Positions 11,321 through 22,336 of a stretch of DNA of 64,000 nucleotides are shown here, piece by piece. The stretch's first letter is position 1. Every line of letters begins with the position of its first letter. Both the position numbers and the translations under genes were made by a program. The notes beneath the pieces were generated by a model, which searched no databases, was not told the origin of the DNA, and worked only from the letters and a program-made list of their open reading frames with translations. Source of the stretch: Macrostomum lignano (lineage: Eukaryota); the NCBI GenBank assembly GCA_002269645.1, contig NIVC01001853.1, forward strand, positions 165,926 through 229,925, read 5' to 3'.

Positions 11321-12589
11321 CAGCCCGAACTCGAGGAAGAAAAAGGGGATAGAAACAACAGAGGAAAAAGGAAAACGCGAAGAAAAATTAGTCTGGGAAC
11401 TCAGAGTAAAGTTTTTGATCAGTGAGCAATCACACACCTAATTGACAGCTCACTCCAACGCCAGCCCAGCAGACTGAAGCAGGGCAGAGCAGGACTCACC
11501 AATGGCCAGTTATGAGCTCGCCAGTCGGCTGACGCAGCGGCAGGTAGAGACTGGCAGGCCGCAGAGAAGTTGGAACTCGCAAAAGCAGACAGGAGCCTCT
11601 GCAGCAAGCAAACACGGTACTTGAGATGAAAGGAAAGAGGCAGAAGACGGCAGAGCGGCGGGCAGAAAGAACAAGCAGTGCACCGCTGGGCTGCTACAGA
11701 AGTATCGAATGCTGTTCGGAAGGAAGGCTGGGAGAGAAAGTCGAGCCAAATGTCAGGACACAGCACAGAAATGCACAGCAGACTGAGCGCTTTTTTTAAA
11801 GCAAACGCACGCAGCCGTCAGAGAAAGTCATTCCCGCACACCGAATTGGCTGAGACGGCAAGCGCAATAAACAGAATAGAAATTCATTGCCCTCGCACCA
11901 GTGAGTGAAACCTGACTGCGCATTGACAGTAGAATCGGGTTCGAAACGCACATTGGAAAATGGCACCTCTGCCTCACCCCAAAGCGATCGATAGGCTGGT
12001 CCGGAAGCACAGGAGGCACAGGCGGCCCAGCCCAGGCCAGTTCGCTTCAAACGACAACGGACTGTCAAGATGGGTGTGGGGCAGTGTACATCTGCCTCCC
12101 TCACTTGGTCCGGCGCTGTCGCTGCCCCGTGCAAGTGCGGACAGCCAACCACTCACTTCAATAATTGATTTACTAGGCAATTAGTCATAGCCAAATTTTT
12201 TTGTCGGTCCTGCTAAGTGCAAGCGGCCCTTTGAAGTTTTTCATGCCCGCTAGCACCATATCCACCATATCGCAGCACTGACTTTTCTACAATTGGCAGA
12301 GACACCTGACTGTCTGCTCGAACTTCTCGATAATTTCGGAATTGCAAAACCAAAATAGCAATCTTATTAGTATCACTTTAAAGTTGACAGAATTCTTCAC
12401 ATGTTGTCACAATTCTTCACGATGTTAATAAAAATTCGACCTTCAATATTTGTGACGCAGAGAACTTTTTTATGGGTGCTTCTGCGCTTCTTGGGCTGAC
12501 AGCTTACTCACTGTTGCGGCTCTTGCCATGTGAGCGATTAAGGATTTGACATAATGTCTGTCATGTATTTTGATCCACAGACTAAATAG

Positions 12590-14233
12590 CTAGCATTTAA
12601 CTGCAAGGCTCATATGCAACACCCATGATGAAGTCTCCGGGCTGGATAGTTTTTGAGCGCTTTGCAGCCGCATGGGGCAGCTCTGCCAGCGACAGAGGAC
12701 GCGTTGGAGTTGGCCTTGATGGCGCCTCCGCCGCCCAGCTGCCTTCGTACAGCAAAGGTCATTCAGCGTTTTTGCTGCTTCGGAATCGCTGCTCCGATCT
12801 CGCGGCCTCCTTGTCACGTCGCCCACCATTTTGCGAACAATTTCGTCGCATTGTTGGTGACACTCGGCTGTTCGAGTCTGTTTAGTAAGGAATTTCGAAG
12901 GGAATGAAATAATTTTAAATTTCAAATTTCTTGGCAGAAATCAAGAATAGGAAGAAACCATTCTGATGTTATTTTTCTTAGTATGTCTTTTAAATTGCTG
13001 GAATATTTCATACAACTGATAATCAATCAATTTGCATACAAGCATAGTTTCACTTACCTTTTCCATTTTCACAGGGTTAAACACCAATAGCTTATAAAAA
13101 GCCACCTGATAGCCACTACTCTGAACTGTTTCGGCACGGTGCAGCTGACCGGCCAGCCGTCACTGCTTCTCAGCCGAGTCGCACAGCAGGCCTTGAGTCT
13201 CAAGATATTCCGATAAAATCTGAAGGGACTCTTTGTAAAGCGCTACACGAGCCTCTGCTGACCCATGGGAGGCTCTCGATTTGTGCGCCTCGACACAGAG
13301 CAGGCCGTCTGGGTCTTGAAGTCACTGAAAGAGGAAAAGTTCGAGACAAGATATTGAGTAATCGATACGAAAGTACTTCGATCCGAGCTCTCCATTGATC
13401 TGTGGGTAATTTGTTCCTACATTAACAGTTCACACACTTGGGTTGGATATCTATTGGTGACAAAAAACTCAATGACCATCAGCTGAATGACCAGCGGCTC
13501 AATGATCAACGGCTCAATGACCCCAGCTTCTAGACAATGACCAATAGCTCAATGACCCAGCTTCTAGACAATGACCAATAGCTCAATGACCCAGCTTCTA
13601 GACAATGACCAACGGCTCAATGACCAACGGCTCAATGACCCCAGCTTCTAGACAATGACCAATAGCTCAATGACCCAGCTTCTAGACAATGACCAACAGC
13701 TCAATGACCCAGCTTCTAGACAATGACCAACAGCTCAATGACCCAGCTTCTAGACAATGACCAACAGCTCAATGACAAAAGCATTCTAAGAAAAAGGATT
13801 TGAAGTACATTATTCCTCGTACCTTGATCTGGCATTTCAGTCCGCCTTGGCTGCTCCAGGACCTTATCGTGTATTTCGAAGACGGCATTGCCATCTTGGC
13901 CTCCTGGTGATCCGCCAGTCCACCGTAACAGACCCGCCTCACTCTTTATGGACGAATTCGGCCAGTCTTTTGTGCTGTCCGAATGGCTTTCCAGCTGCGG
14001 CATGAGCTCGGCTTCAGTGAGAGACTGGCGTTGAAGCTTGCTCAGATATCGGCCGACCAACTCCAAAGCTGAAACTGTTTGCTTCAGAACGCATATCTTC
14101 AGGTCCTTAAGCTAGCGGCCAACAGATATCCTGGTCCTTCACAGAGGTCTTTCAGATATCCTTCAAATTTCCAACCAATAAAAGTCTGTGGTAGCAAATT
14201 ATTATACAGAAACTTTCTCATGTGAATAGTCAT
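12590..14233 (-). pseudogene. possible degenerate STING-like gene, copy B
   Basis: Putative exons 14233-13823, 13416-13058 (donor GTAAGT), 12877-12590, phase-consistent if the weak acceptor at 13417 is used. Collinear resemblances to human STING: GWKFEGYLKDL ~ WSYYIGYLRLI; TGGSPGGQDGNAVFEI ~ TGDHAGIKDRVYSNSIYEL; FRIDYS ~ CVLEYA; ALYKESLQIL ~ KLFCRTLEDIL; LLVFNP ~ LIAYQEP; DEIVRKM ~ QEVLRHL. Frameshift near 14110; in-frame TGA at 13324-13322 and 13162-13160. The exon structure is better supported than the STING identity. Confidence 0.3.
13480..13775. repeat. 34-bp minisatellite with 16-17-bp subunits
   Basis: Unit GACCCAGCTTCTAGACAATGACCAATAGCTCAAT; intronic in the model above. Confidence 0.9.
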
Positions 14234-14244
14234 TACTGAGGATG

Positions 14245-14590
14245 AGACGCCGGAAATGTAGGGAAAGGAGAGCGAGAGGGGAGAGAGGGAGGGGCGGGAG
14301 AGGGAAAGACGGGAGAGGAAGAGGCGGGAAAGGGAGAGAGGCGGGAAAGGGAGAGGCGGGAAAAGGAGAGGCGGGAAAAGGAGAGGCGGGAAAGGGAGAG
14401 GCGGGAAAGGGAGAGAGGCGGGAAAAGGAGAGGCGGGAAAAGGAGAGGCGGGAAAAGGAGAGGCGGGAGAGGGAGAGGCGGGAAAGGGAGAGAGGCGGGA
14501 AAAGGAGAGGCGGGAAAAGGAGAGGCGGGAGAGGAGAGGCGGGAGGAGAGGCGGGAAAAGGAGAGGCGGGAGAGGGATACAAGAGAGAGG
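14245..14590. repeat. polypurine ~15-bp repeat (GGAGAGGCGGGAAAA)
   Basis: Almost purely purine on the + strand; source of spurious Pro/Phe ORFs. Confidence 0.95.
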
Positions 14591-14833
14591 GAGAGGCGAA
14601 ATACAAATATAAGGCTGAATTTGGGGGTTCTCAAATGAAGCTGAGTTGTTGAGGCTCTCAATAAAAATGGGATCAAATATTTTTCTGAGAATGCACTTTT
14701 GCACTGCCACTTAGGACCCGCCATGCTGTTCGCTCAAGTGGCTGAGACCTTACTGGAGATTGCCTGCCATCTGGGGTCTGAATGTTCGGGATGAACTTGG
14801 CCTGCATTGGTGAGCTGACTGCTGATCTGTATG

Positions 14834-15603
14834 AGCCAATACAGATGAGTCAGTGGCGCCAATACAGATGAATCTGTGGCGCCAATACAGATGAGTCAGT
14901 GGCGCCAATACAGATGAGTCAGTGGCGCCAATACAGATGAGTCAGTGGCGCCAATACAGATGAGTCAGTGGCGCCAATACAGATGAGTCAGTGGCGCCAA
15001 TACAGATGAGTCAGTGGCGCCAATACAGATTAGTCAGGGGCGCCAATACAGATTAGTCAGGGGCGCCAATACAGATGAGTCAGGGGCGCCAATACAGATG
15101 AGTCAGTGGCGCCAATACAGATTAGTCAGGGGCGCCAATACAGATGAGTCAGTGGCGCCAATACAGATGAGTCAGTGGCGCCAATACAGATGAGTCAGTG
15201 GCGCCAATACAGATGAGTCAGTGGCGCCAATACAGATTAGTCAGGGGCGCCAATACAGATGAGTCAGGGGCGCCAATACAGATGAGTCAGTGGCGCCAAT
15301 ACAGATGAGTCAGTGGCGCCAATACAGATGAGTCAGTGGCGCCAATACAGATTAGTCAGGGGCGCCAATACAGATGAGTCAGTGGCGCCAATACAGATGA
15401 GTCAGTGGCGCCAATACAGATTAGTCAGGGGCGCCAATACAGATGAGTCAGTGGCGCCAATACAGATGAGTCAGTGGCGCCAATACAGATGAGTCAGTGG
15501 CGCCAATACAGATGAGTCAGTGGCGCCAATACAGATTAGTCAGGGGCGTCAATACAGATGAGTCAGTGGCGCCAATACAGATGAGTCAGTGGCGCCAATA
15601 CAG
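14834..15603. repeat. 23-bp minisatellite (~33 copies), each unit with CCAAT and TGAGTCA
   Basis: Unit GCCAATACAGATGAGTCAGTGGC, with a variant carrying TTAGTCAGG. Confidence 0.95.
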
Positions 15604-16135
15604 ATCAAAATATTCCGGTAGATGCACAGAAATTAACTGCTATGCTTCTATCCGGGAGATTTTGTAGAATTTTGGAAAAAACTGCTCTCCCAAAATGGTC
15701 CCAGCAATTGAGCTGCAGTCTGCAAAGCTTCGGATAAAAAGGGTGAAGTCCAATCACAAGCTCGTTTTAGGTTTGCATTTAGGGATCTTGCGGGTGATCA
15801 GGGGGTCTCATTTTATATTCAGGAATTTCATTAAGGTAAAAATGAATGAAATGTAGTTTTGTAAAGCAATTTGAAACATCAGAAAAGATTTTTGCTTGTG
15901 GCTTGTCAAAGTGGGTTGAAATTGTTTGCAAATCGTCACAAGCAGGCAAACATGCTAAATATTTTTAAAGAAGCAACCTACGAGTACAACAATTACTGAC
16001 AGTAGAGATTAACGCATTTTATCCTTTGCGATTGTTTTTTTAAAATGACCACTGGGATATGACGGCAACGGATCAAATAACGGGGAAGTCACTGAATGTT
16101 CATGAGGGAGATGTCAGGCAGGCAGTCGCTGCAGA

Positions 16136-16452
16136 GTACATGATGAAAGTACATGATGAAATTACATGATGAAAGTATATGACGAAAGTACATGATGAAA
16201 TTACATGATAAAATTACATGATGAAAGTACATGATGAAAGTACATGATGAAATTACATGATGAAAGTACATGATGAAAGTACATGATGAAGGTACATGAT
16301 GAAAGTACATGATGGAAGTACATTATATAAGTACATTGTGAAAGTACATGATGAAAGTACAAGATGGAAGCACATTATATAAGTTCATTGTGAAAGTACA
16401 TGATGAAAGTACAAGATGAAAGTACATGATGAAAGTACAAGATGAAAGTACA
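16136..16452. repeat. 13-bp minisatellite (AGTACATGATGAA)
   Basis: About 24 units; only ~4 degenerate units at the paralogous site 4631-4685. Confidence 0.9.
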
Positions 16453-17015
16453 TTATTAAAACAGACTGATTGTGCTGAAATAATCCAGGAGCATGTACAC
16501 GCAATATTTGTGGACATAAAAATACCTGTAAAATATTAACAGAAACTGTTTTGTTTTAAAAACTAAATTTCTTAAAAATCCACAGAGGCTTACAAAATTA
16601 CGAGTTCAACTCAAGCTGCTGCATCAAGTCTCTCCAGCTTCTCCCTGACCCAGCCGACCTTTGAATTTTCCAGGTTCATGCAGATAACTGCTACCTGTGC
16701 ATTTGGCTTGAATATTTCATTAAACAGCATTGGCAATTGGGTGTTGAAGTCCGCAGAACAAAATCGCAGAGAAAAGCCCGCATCAAAGCAGACACGCAGT
16801 TTGAACGGAAAAAGCAATTCTGCATGCAGTGTGAATTGAATTGCAGCCCAAATGTGCAAAACTGCAGTTCATAGCATGAGGGCTGCTCGAACTAGATAGC
16901 TCTTGATGAGCTAGCTTATTTCCTAAAAAAGATAAAAGACAAACTAAACCAAGTCGACAGAAATTCCAGGGGCTTTCATGCAGATCACGCAGAACCCTCA
17001 TCAAGTCAGCGTGCA

Positions 17016-20000
17016 TCAGAATAAGCAGTTTGATTCAACAACGAAGTGCATGAAGTTTATAAAGTCTCTCCAGCTCTCGATGTGCTCGTTTTGTAAAAAA
17101 ATTACCGACAAACAAAAGCAAAAACACAGCAAAGCAAAACAAAATAAAACAAAAGTCTTCCTTGTCCAACCTTGGTTTTGCGATTTGACGTTGAGTAGTT
17201 CGGATGCTCCATCAGGTCTCTCAAGATTCTCCAGTCTTATCCGTCTGAGCTTGGCGTGAGTCCAGCTGTCTCTCTGCTCCGCTGCAGTTTCCATGGAAAC
17301 CAGGCGACCCAAGTCGGCCCCGTCTCGCCGCAGCCTCGCCCTCGCCCACAGCCTCCGCTCCTCATCTTCCCTGCTGCGGTGAGCGCCGCTGTCGCTGCCG
17401 CTGCGGTTCGAAACTCGCCACCGCTTCTGCCTGACCCAGCCGATCTTCTCCTCGTCCTGCGTCTCCATGGCGACGCGTCTCTCTTTCTCGATCATCTCCA
17501 TCTGCTGCAAGCTGAGCTCCACGTGCTCGCGGCAGTCGCTGTAGTGAGTCAGAGTGAGCAGCTCCTCCAAGTCCGGGTCTCCAAGCAGCTCTTTAAAATC
17601 CAGGTAACTCTGCAGCACCTCCAAGCGCTGGTATCTCTGCAGTTCATCCAACCGTGGGTATCTCTGCAGCTCATCCAAGTGCTGATTGCAGAGCAGCTCG
17701 GCTTGGAGACTCCAGCTCAGGCAGCGGAAGTTCACGTACAAATGGGAGGAGAGAGGCTGCGACAGTCTGGCTGTGAACAGAGTCTGCGTGAACTCGGGAA
17801 GGAATGGGAAGCGAGGCGGAGAGTCGCAGGGGAGGCAGAACCTCCACGCCCAGTCTGAGTCTTCTGGCAGTTTTATCTTAGTACGCCCGTATCTACTCTC
17901 GTCTCGAACATCCTGCGGCTTGAACCCTGACTCAACCTGATGTCTCTGAAGCTCCATCAGGAGTCTCTGAGCCTCCTCATATTCTCCGAACTTCAAATGC
18001 GCCATGGCGGTCACGCACAGGGCGGCGCACTTGCACCACTGCAGCTCATGCAGGAGACTGAGCTGCCTCATCAGAGTGTCTCTGTCGCTCGATTCCGACT
18101 GCAGCTCGCTCACACACTGGTGCACCACACTGTACACGTCTGCAAACTTATGGTACATTTCCTCTGAATACGGATCACTTCCTTCCCTGATCTCTGTGAC
18201 AACAGATCGCGCTGTCAGAGGCAGCAGAGTGAACGGGTGAAAGTAGAACTTCTCTGACTGCAGAGGTTTCACGAGTCTCCTCAGCTGCTTGACCACTCCG
18301 CCGATGTCGCTTCTCACCACACAAAGTCGATCTCGAACACTCGTCTTCGTGTTGTCGAAGTCGCCGCCGATTCCAGCGTTCTTGAAGTAGAGCGGAGCGT
18401 CGGGCATGAAGAAGTGCGGCATGCACTCATCGGGCGAGCTGCTCGAGTCGATGAAGCTCAGCATCATGTCGAGAGACTCCTTGAGCAGAGCGATCAGATT
18501 GTCGGGCTCCCAAGCTGTTAACCAACGATCTGTGCCATGCTTCTCCAGCATTGTGAAGAGCAGAGTCTTTGCATGGTAGGTCTTGAGTCCAGGTGTGTCC
18601 AGAGTGAGCGGCAAATGTCTCTTGAAGATGAACTTGATGAGTGTGAACAGCTGGCCCTGGACTGTGCTCAGCCGTCTCATGATGTGTTTCTCTTGGAAGC
18701 TGAAGCTCACTCTGAGCTCGTTGGTAGAGCTCGGTCTAGTCGCCCGAACGAGGTGAACTGTATAGTCATTGCTATCAGTATCGAGCAGGTTTCTAACTTT
18801 TTCCTCACAGAAGCTGCTGCAGCACTGGATCGCATGGCACGTGTCCTGTGCAGGCCGCACACCGCACGCCGTGGCCGTCACTGCAGGTTGGCTGCCTGCA
18901 GAGCTCAGTATGCGGAGAGTGGCTTTGTAGCGAGTGATAAAGATAGGTTAATTTGAATCTGTAGATTTTCTCTTAGCTGGTTGGTAATTTTGAGTGTTTG
19001 ACTGTGTAATCAACTAAATATACAAAGGTTGTAAGATTAGAAATGTGAGCGCTGTCATTTTTTGTTAATCGACATGTTTCTTTTCGCGACAGGCATCGTC
19101 AGGCTCTTTAAAATTACCCAAGCACCGCTGCACCCACTCTGCTGCAACCGGAGCCTGTGAGTTCAAAACCCAATGGCCCGGCTCAGCCAGTTGGCATCAG
19201 AGTTTTCTTTTCAATTTCGCCTGCCGCTAGTTTCAGCACCCAAGCCGACATTCGCAGTCACAGAAGCTGCTGGACTCTTGTTCGCCACTATGTTGCGAAT
19301 TTAAAATTGAGCAAAGTTAATGGGCTTCCATTTGCATGCGGATCTCAGCATTCTGATGATGAACCCAGCCTCACTCACCTGCTCCCACTGCCACCTGTGC
19401 GTGGCCCTCCGTGACCTGCAGCCGAGTGGCGTCTCTGCATTGCTGCCGATCTCTGTCGCAGCCACCTTCCAGATGGAACTCCTGCCCAGCAACTAGCACA
19501 GTCCAGTCAATGTCCGAGTCTGCAGCTGTCCTGCCGTTCACTTGCACCAGACTGTTGGCCCAGCCCTCTGCGTAGCTGCCGGTCATCTGCCTGCTATGGC
19601 CATCCTGTGTGAGGACTCGATGCAGCTCCTCGCTCAGACGCCTGTCTTGCTGGGAGTCGCCTAAAACCCTGGAATGATCCGAGATGCGTGTGGGTGATTT
19701 GCTCCAAATTGACATATGGTTGAAAAGACAGAGCAAGCAGGAGAGCTGAGAGTGCAGCTGCTGCAGCACTCAGACTGGCATCTCAAGCAGAATTTCAACC
19801 CTCCTGAGTTTCACTGCGATTTCTGCCTCAAGCTGCCAGCCTGTTGGAAGGCGCAATGCGGCAGTGAAAGCTCAACCGGTCAGACTCACCGATAGAGGCC
19901 CGAATCCAAGCCGTGAGTGGCTGCCTGTCGGGCCTCTGGGCTTCTGCAATGCGGGAATGGAAAGTGCACTTGCTGGATAAGTCTTCACTTATTAGGTTTT

Positions 20001-21466
20001 TAGTATTTTTTAAAATAATTTATTGAAAAAAATTCTAAACCTTTGAATTTCAACAGTCAACCATAAATAGGGGAGATAGTAGCTCGTTGTTTTGCAAAAT
20101 TAAGTTTCCGCCAGAATGCTGAACTTCACTTATTTAATCAAAATTGTCTAAATTGTCTAAATTGTCTAAATGGCCTTACGATCGCTGGTACTCACTCCGC
20201 TCCACTGAGATCCAGCAGCCGCAGCACCTGCCGCTGCCCATATCGCTGTGCCACCTGCGCACATGTCTGACCCCGACCGTCTCGATGACTCGCATCCGCT
20301 CCTCTGTCCATCAGAGCCTTGGCTGCTCGCACGTGACCGGCTTTGCACGCTCGTGACAGAGCAGTCCGACCCTGACTGTCTTCAGCACGCACTGACGCAC
20401 CGAGATCGATGAGTTTCTCAATGAGCCCGTGATGACCTGCATCAGCTGCCAGCATGAGAGCAGTGGCTCCAGTGCTGTCTGGCAGATCGACATGCTCTGT
20501 GCTGACTCGCTCATCATTGATCAGTGTGACAGCAATTGTGACAGCAATAGCGACGTGTCTTTGAGAGATGGAGAGACGGAGCAGCTGTGTGATGTGAGCT
20601 GGCTGCATTTGGGAGAGGATGTCGGTGAGAACAGAGTTCCTGCCTTCGATGGCCATTGCTGCAGTGAAGCTGAGGATGGTGCTGGATTGGAAAAGCCAGT
20701 CGGGCTCGAGGCCGAGGTAGACAACGACATCTTCACAAAGACGAGAGCAAGCCGCGACTGCACATTCGAAATCGAGATTCGTTGTTTGATTCCGACTTAA
20801 GAGACACGAAATAAGGAACTTCACTACTTCTCTCTCATTCTTCTCTGTTGCAGATTTAGTAGCCTTGATGCAGCACTGATCTCTTTTTGTTTGATCAGCG
20901 ACTGTCGGCACGAGAAATTTGACAACTACCCACTCACGATTGCTTGTAGCAGATTTGGCTGCTTCGATGCAGCACTGATCTCTTTTTGTTCGGTCAGCGA
21001 CTGTCGGCACGAGAAATTTGACGGCTTCTAAGTGACCCTTGCTTGCAGCATATTTCGCAGCCTCGATGCAGCATTGATCTCTTTTTGTTTGGTCAGCGAC
21101 TGTCGGCACGAGAAACCTCACGACATCCCAAACACGAGTGAATGCAGCAGATTCGGCATCGTCATTACATAAGCGATCTGTTTGTGTTTGCTCAGTGACT
21201 GTATGGACGAGAAACTTGATGATTTCCCGGTGACCCATGAGTGCAGCATATTTAGCGGTCTCGATGCAGCAGAGCTCTCTGTTTGTTTTGTCGGCGACGG
21301 CGTGCACGAGTAACTTGACGAGTTCCAAGCGACCTTTGGAGGCAGCATCAGGTAAATATCTTCTGCAAAAAAGATATCGGTTTTCTTCTATCTGATGTTC
21401 GAGATGATGTCTGAGTGCTTGGATATTTCCTGTGCTGGCAGCCTCATCAGCACTGATTACCGGCAT
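17016..21466 (-). CDS. ankyrin-repeat + Mab-21/cGAS-like nucleotidyltransferase (cGLR), copy 2, 1164 aa
   Basis: Exons 21466-20196, 19943-19890, 19668-19379, 18895-17016; same splice sites and phases as copy 1, open frame. GSYAEG, DSDID, QDTCHAI, HLV...RVSFSFQEK, YHAKTLLF and PHFFMP are all conserved. Confidence 0.85.
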
Positions 21467-22336
21467 TTGCCTTGGTGCGGCAGAGATTGCTTGATCTAGA
21501 AAGAATATTTTTGCTTGTCACGAACGATTTATAGTTTTTTATCACTGTACTTTTTTAATCAACTTTTACTGTCTGTGATTCTTGTCTGCTGTCAGAGTGG
21601 CAGATGTCAGTCACGGCTGCTGTCAGAGTGGCAGATGTCAGTCACGGCTGCTGTCAGAGTGGCAGATGTCAGTCACGGCTGCTGTCAGAGCGGCAGGTGT
21701 TTCAAACGTTTGTGCAGCCGGTTGCCAGAAAGATTCACCGCCTCATCTCTCAGCTGCCCACCTTTTGAGTCTCTATGGTGAGGCCGACCACCCCCTTTCA
21801 CCGTGCAACCGAAACTTCTTTTCCGAGGATGAGCGCTGAGCCCGCCCCTCTCCCAAGCCCTTCAGCTCCCAGGATGGCCACGGAGAGGCTGCGGCTGCAG
21901 CGGCCACCCCAAGCAGTACTTGATCAGGCTGAGCTGACCCATTGTGCCCAAGTGCAATCTGAGATCTTTGGACGCATTTACTGGCCCTCAGTGCAGTTAC
22001 AGTAGGCGTTTAAGTGTACGAGGCCTTTGTGCCAGTGAGAAGGAAGAGAGGGAGAAGCAGGGGAGGGGAGAAAGAGGGAAGTTAACCAGCCTTTGTGAGT
22101 TTTTCTCTCCCACTCTGCCGCTGCACGGCATCTCAACTGCCGCAGCTTCAGCCAGTTGGTTGGCAAGCAGCTCGGCTCTCTGCCCCTCTCTCTCTGTCTC
22201 ACCCTCACTGCCGACCCGCCACTCCTTCCAGTGCGAATTGAGACAAAGGGCTCAGGTGCGCTGCTGGCGCCTCCGCGTTGATGCCGTCAAGACGGCAACC
22301 AGCAGCAGAATGGCGCCCGGTGGCGTCCGAGACGAG

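Noticed and set aside
11420-12200. Several 60-120-aa ORFs between the duplicated units
   Set aside because: No recognisable motifs and no convincing splice pattern.
14834-15603. CRISPR-like array
   Set aside because: Units are contiguous with no unique spacers, there are no cas genes, and the context is eukaryotic.
15600-15780. Possible TIR-domain-like peptide upstream of STING-like B
   Set aside because: Only a vague LVIGLHPFY resemblance, a short frame and no clear splice link.
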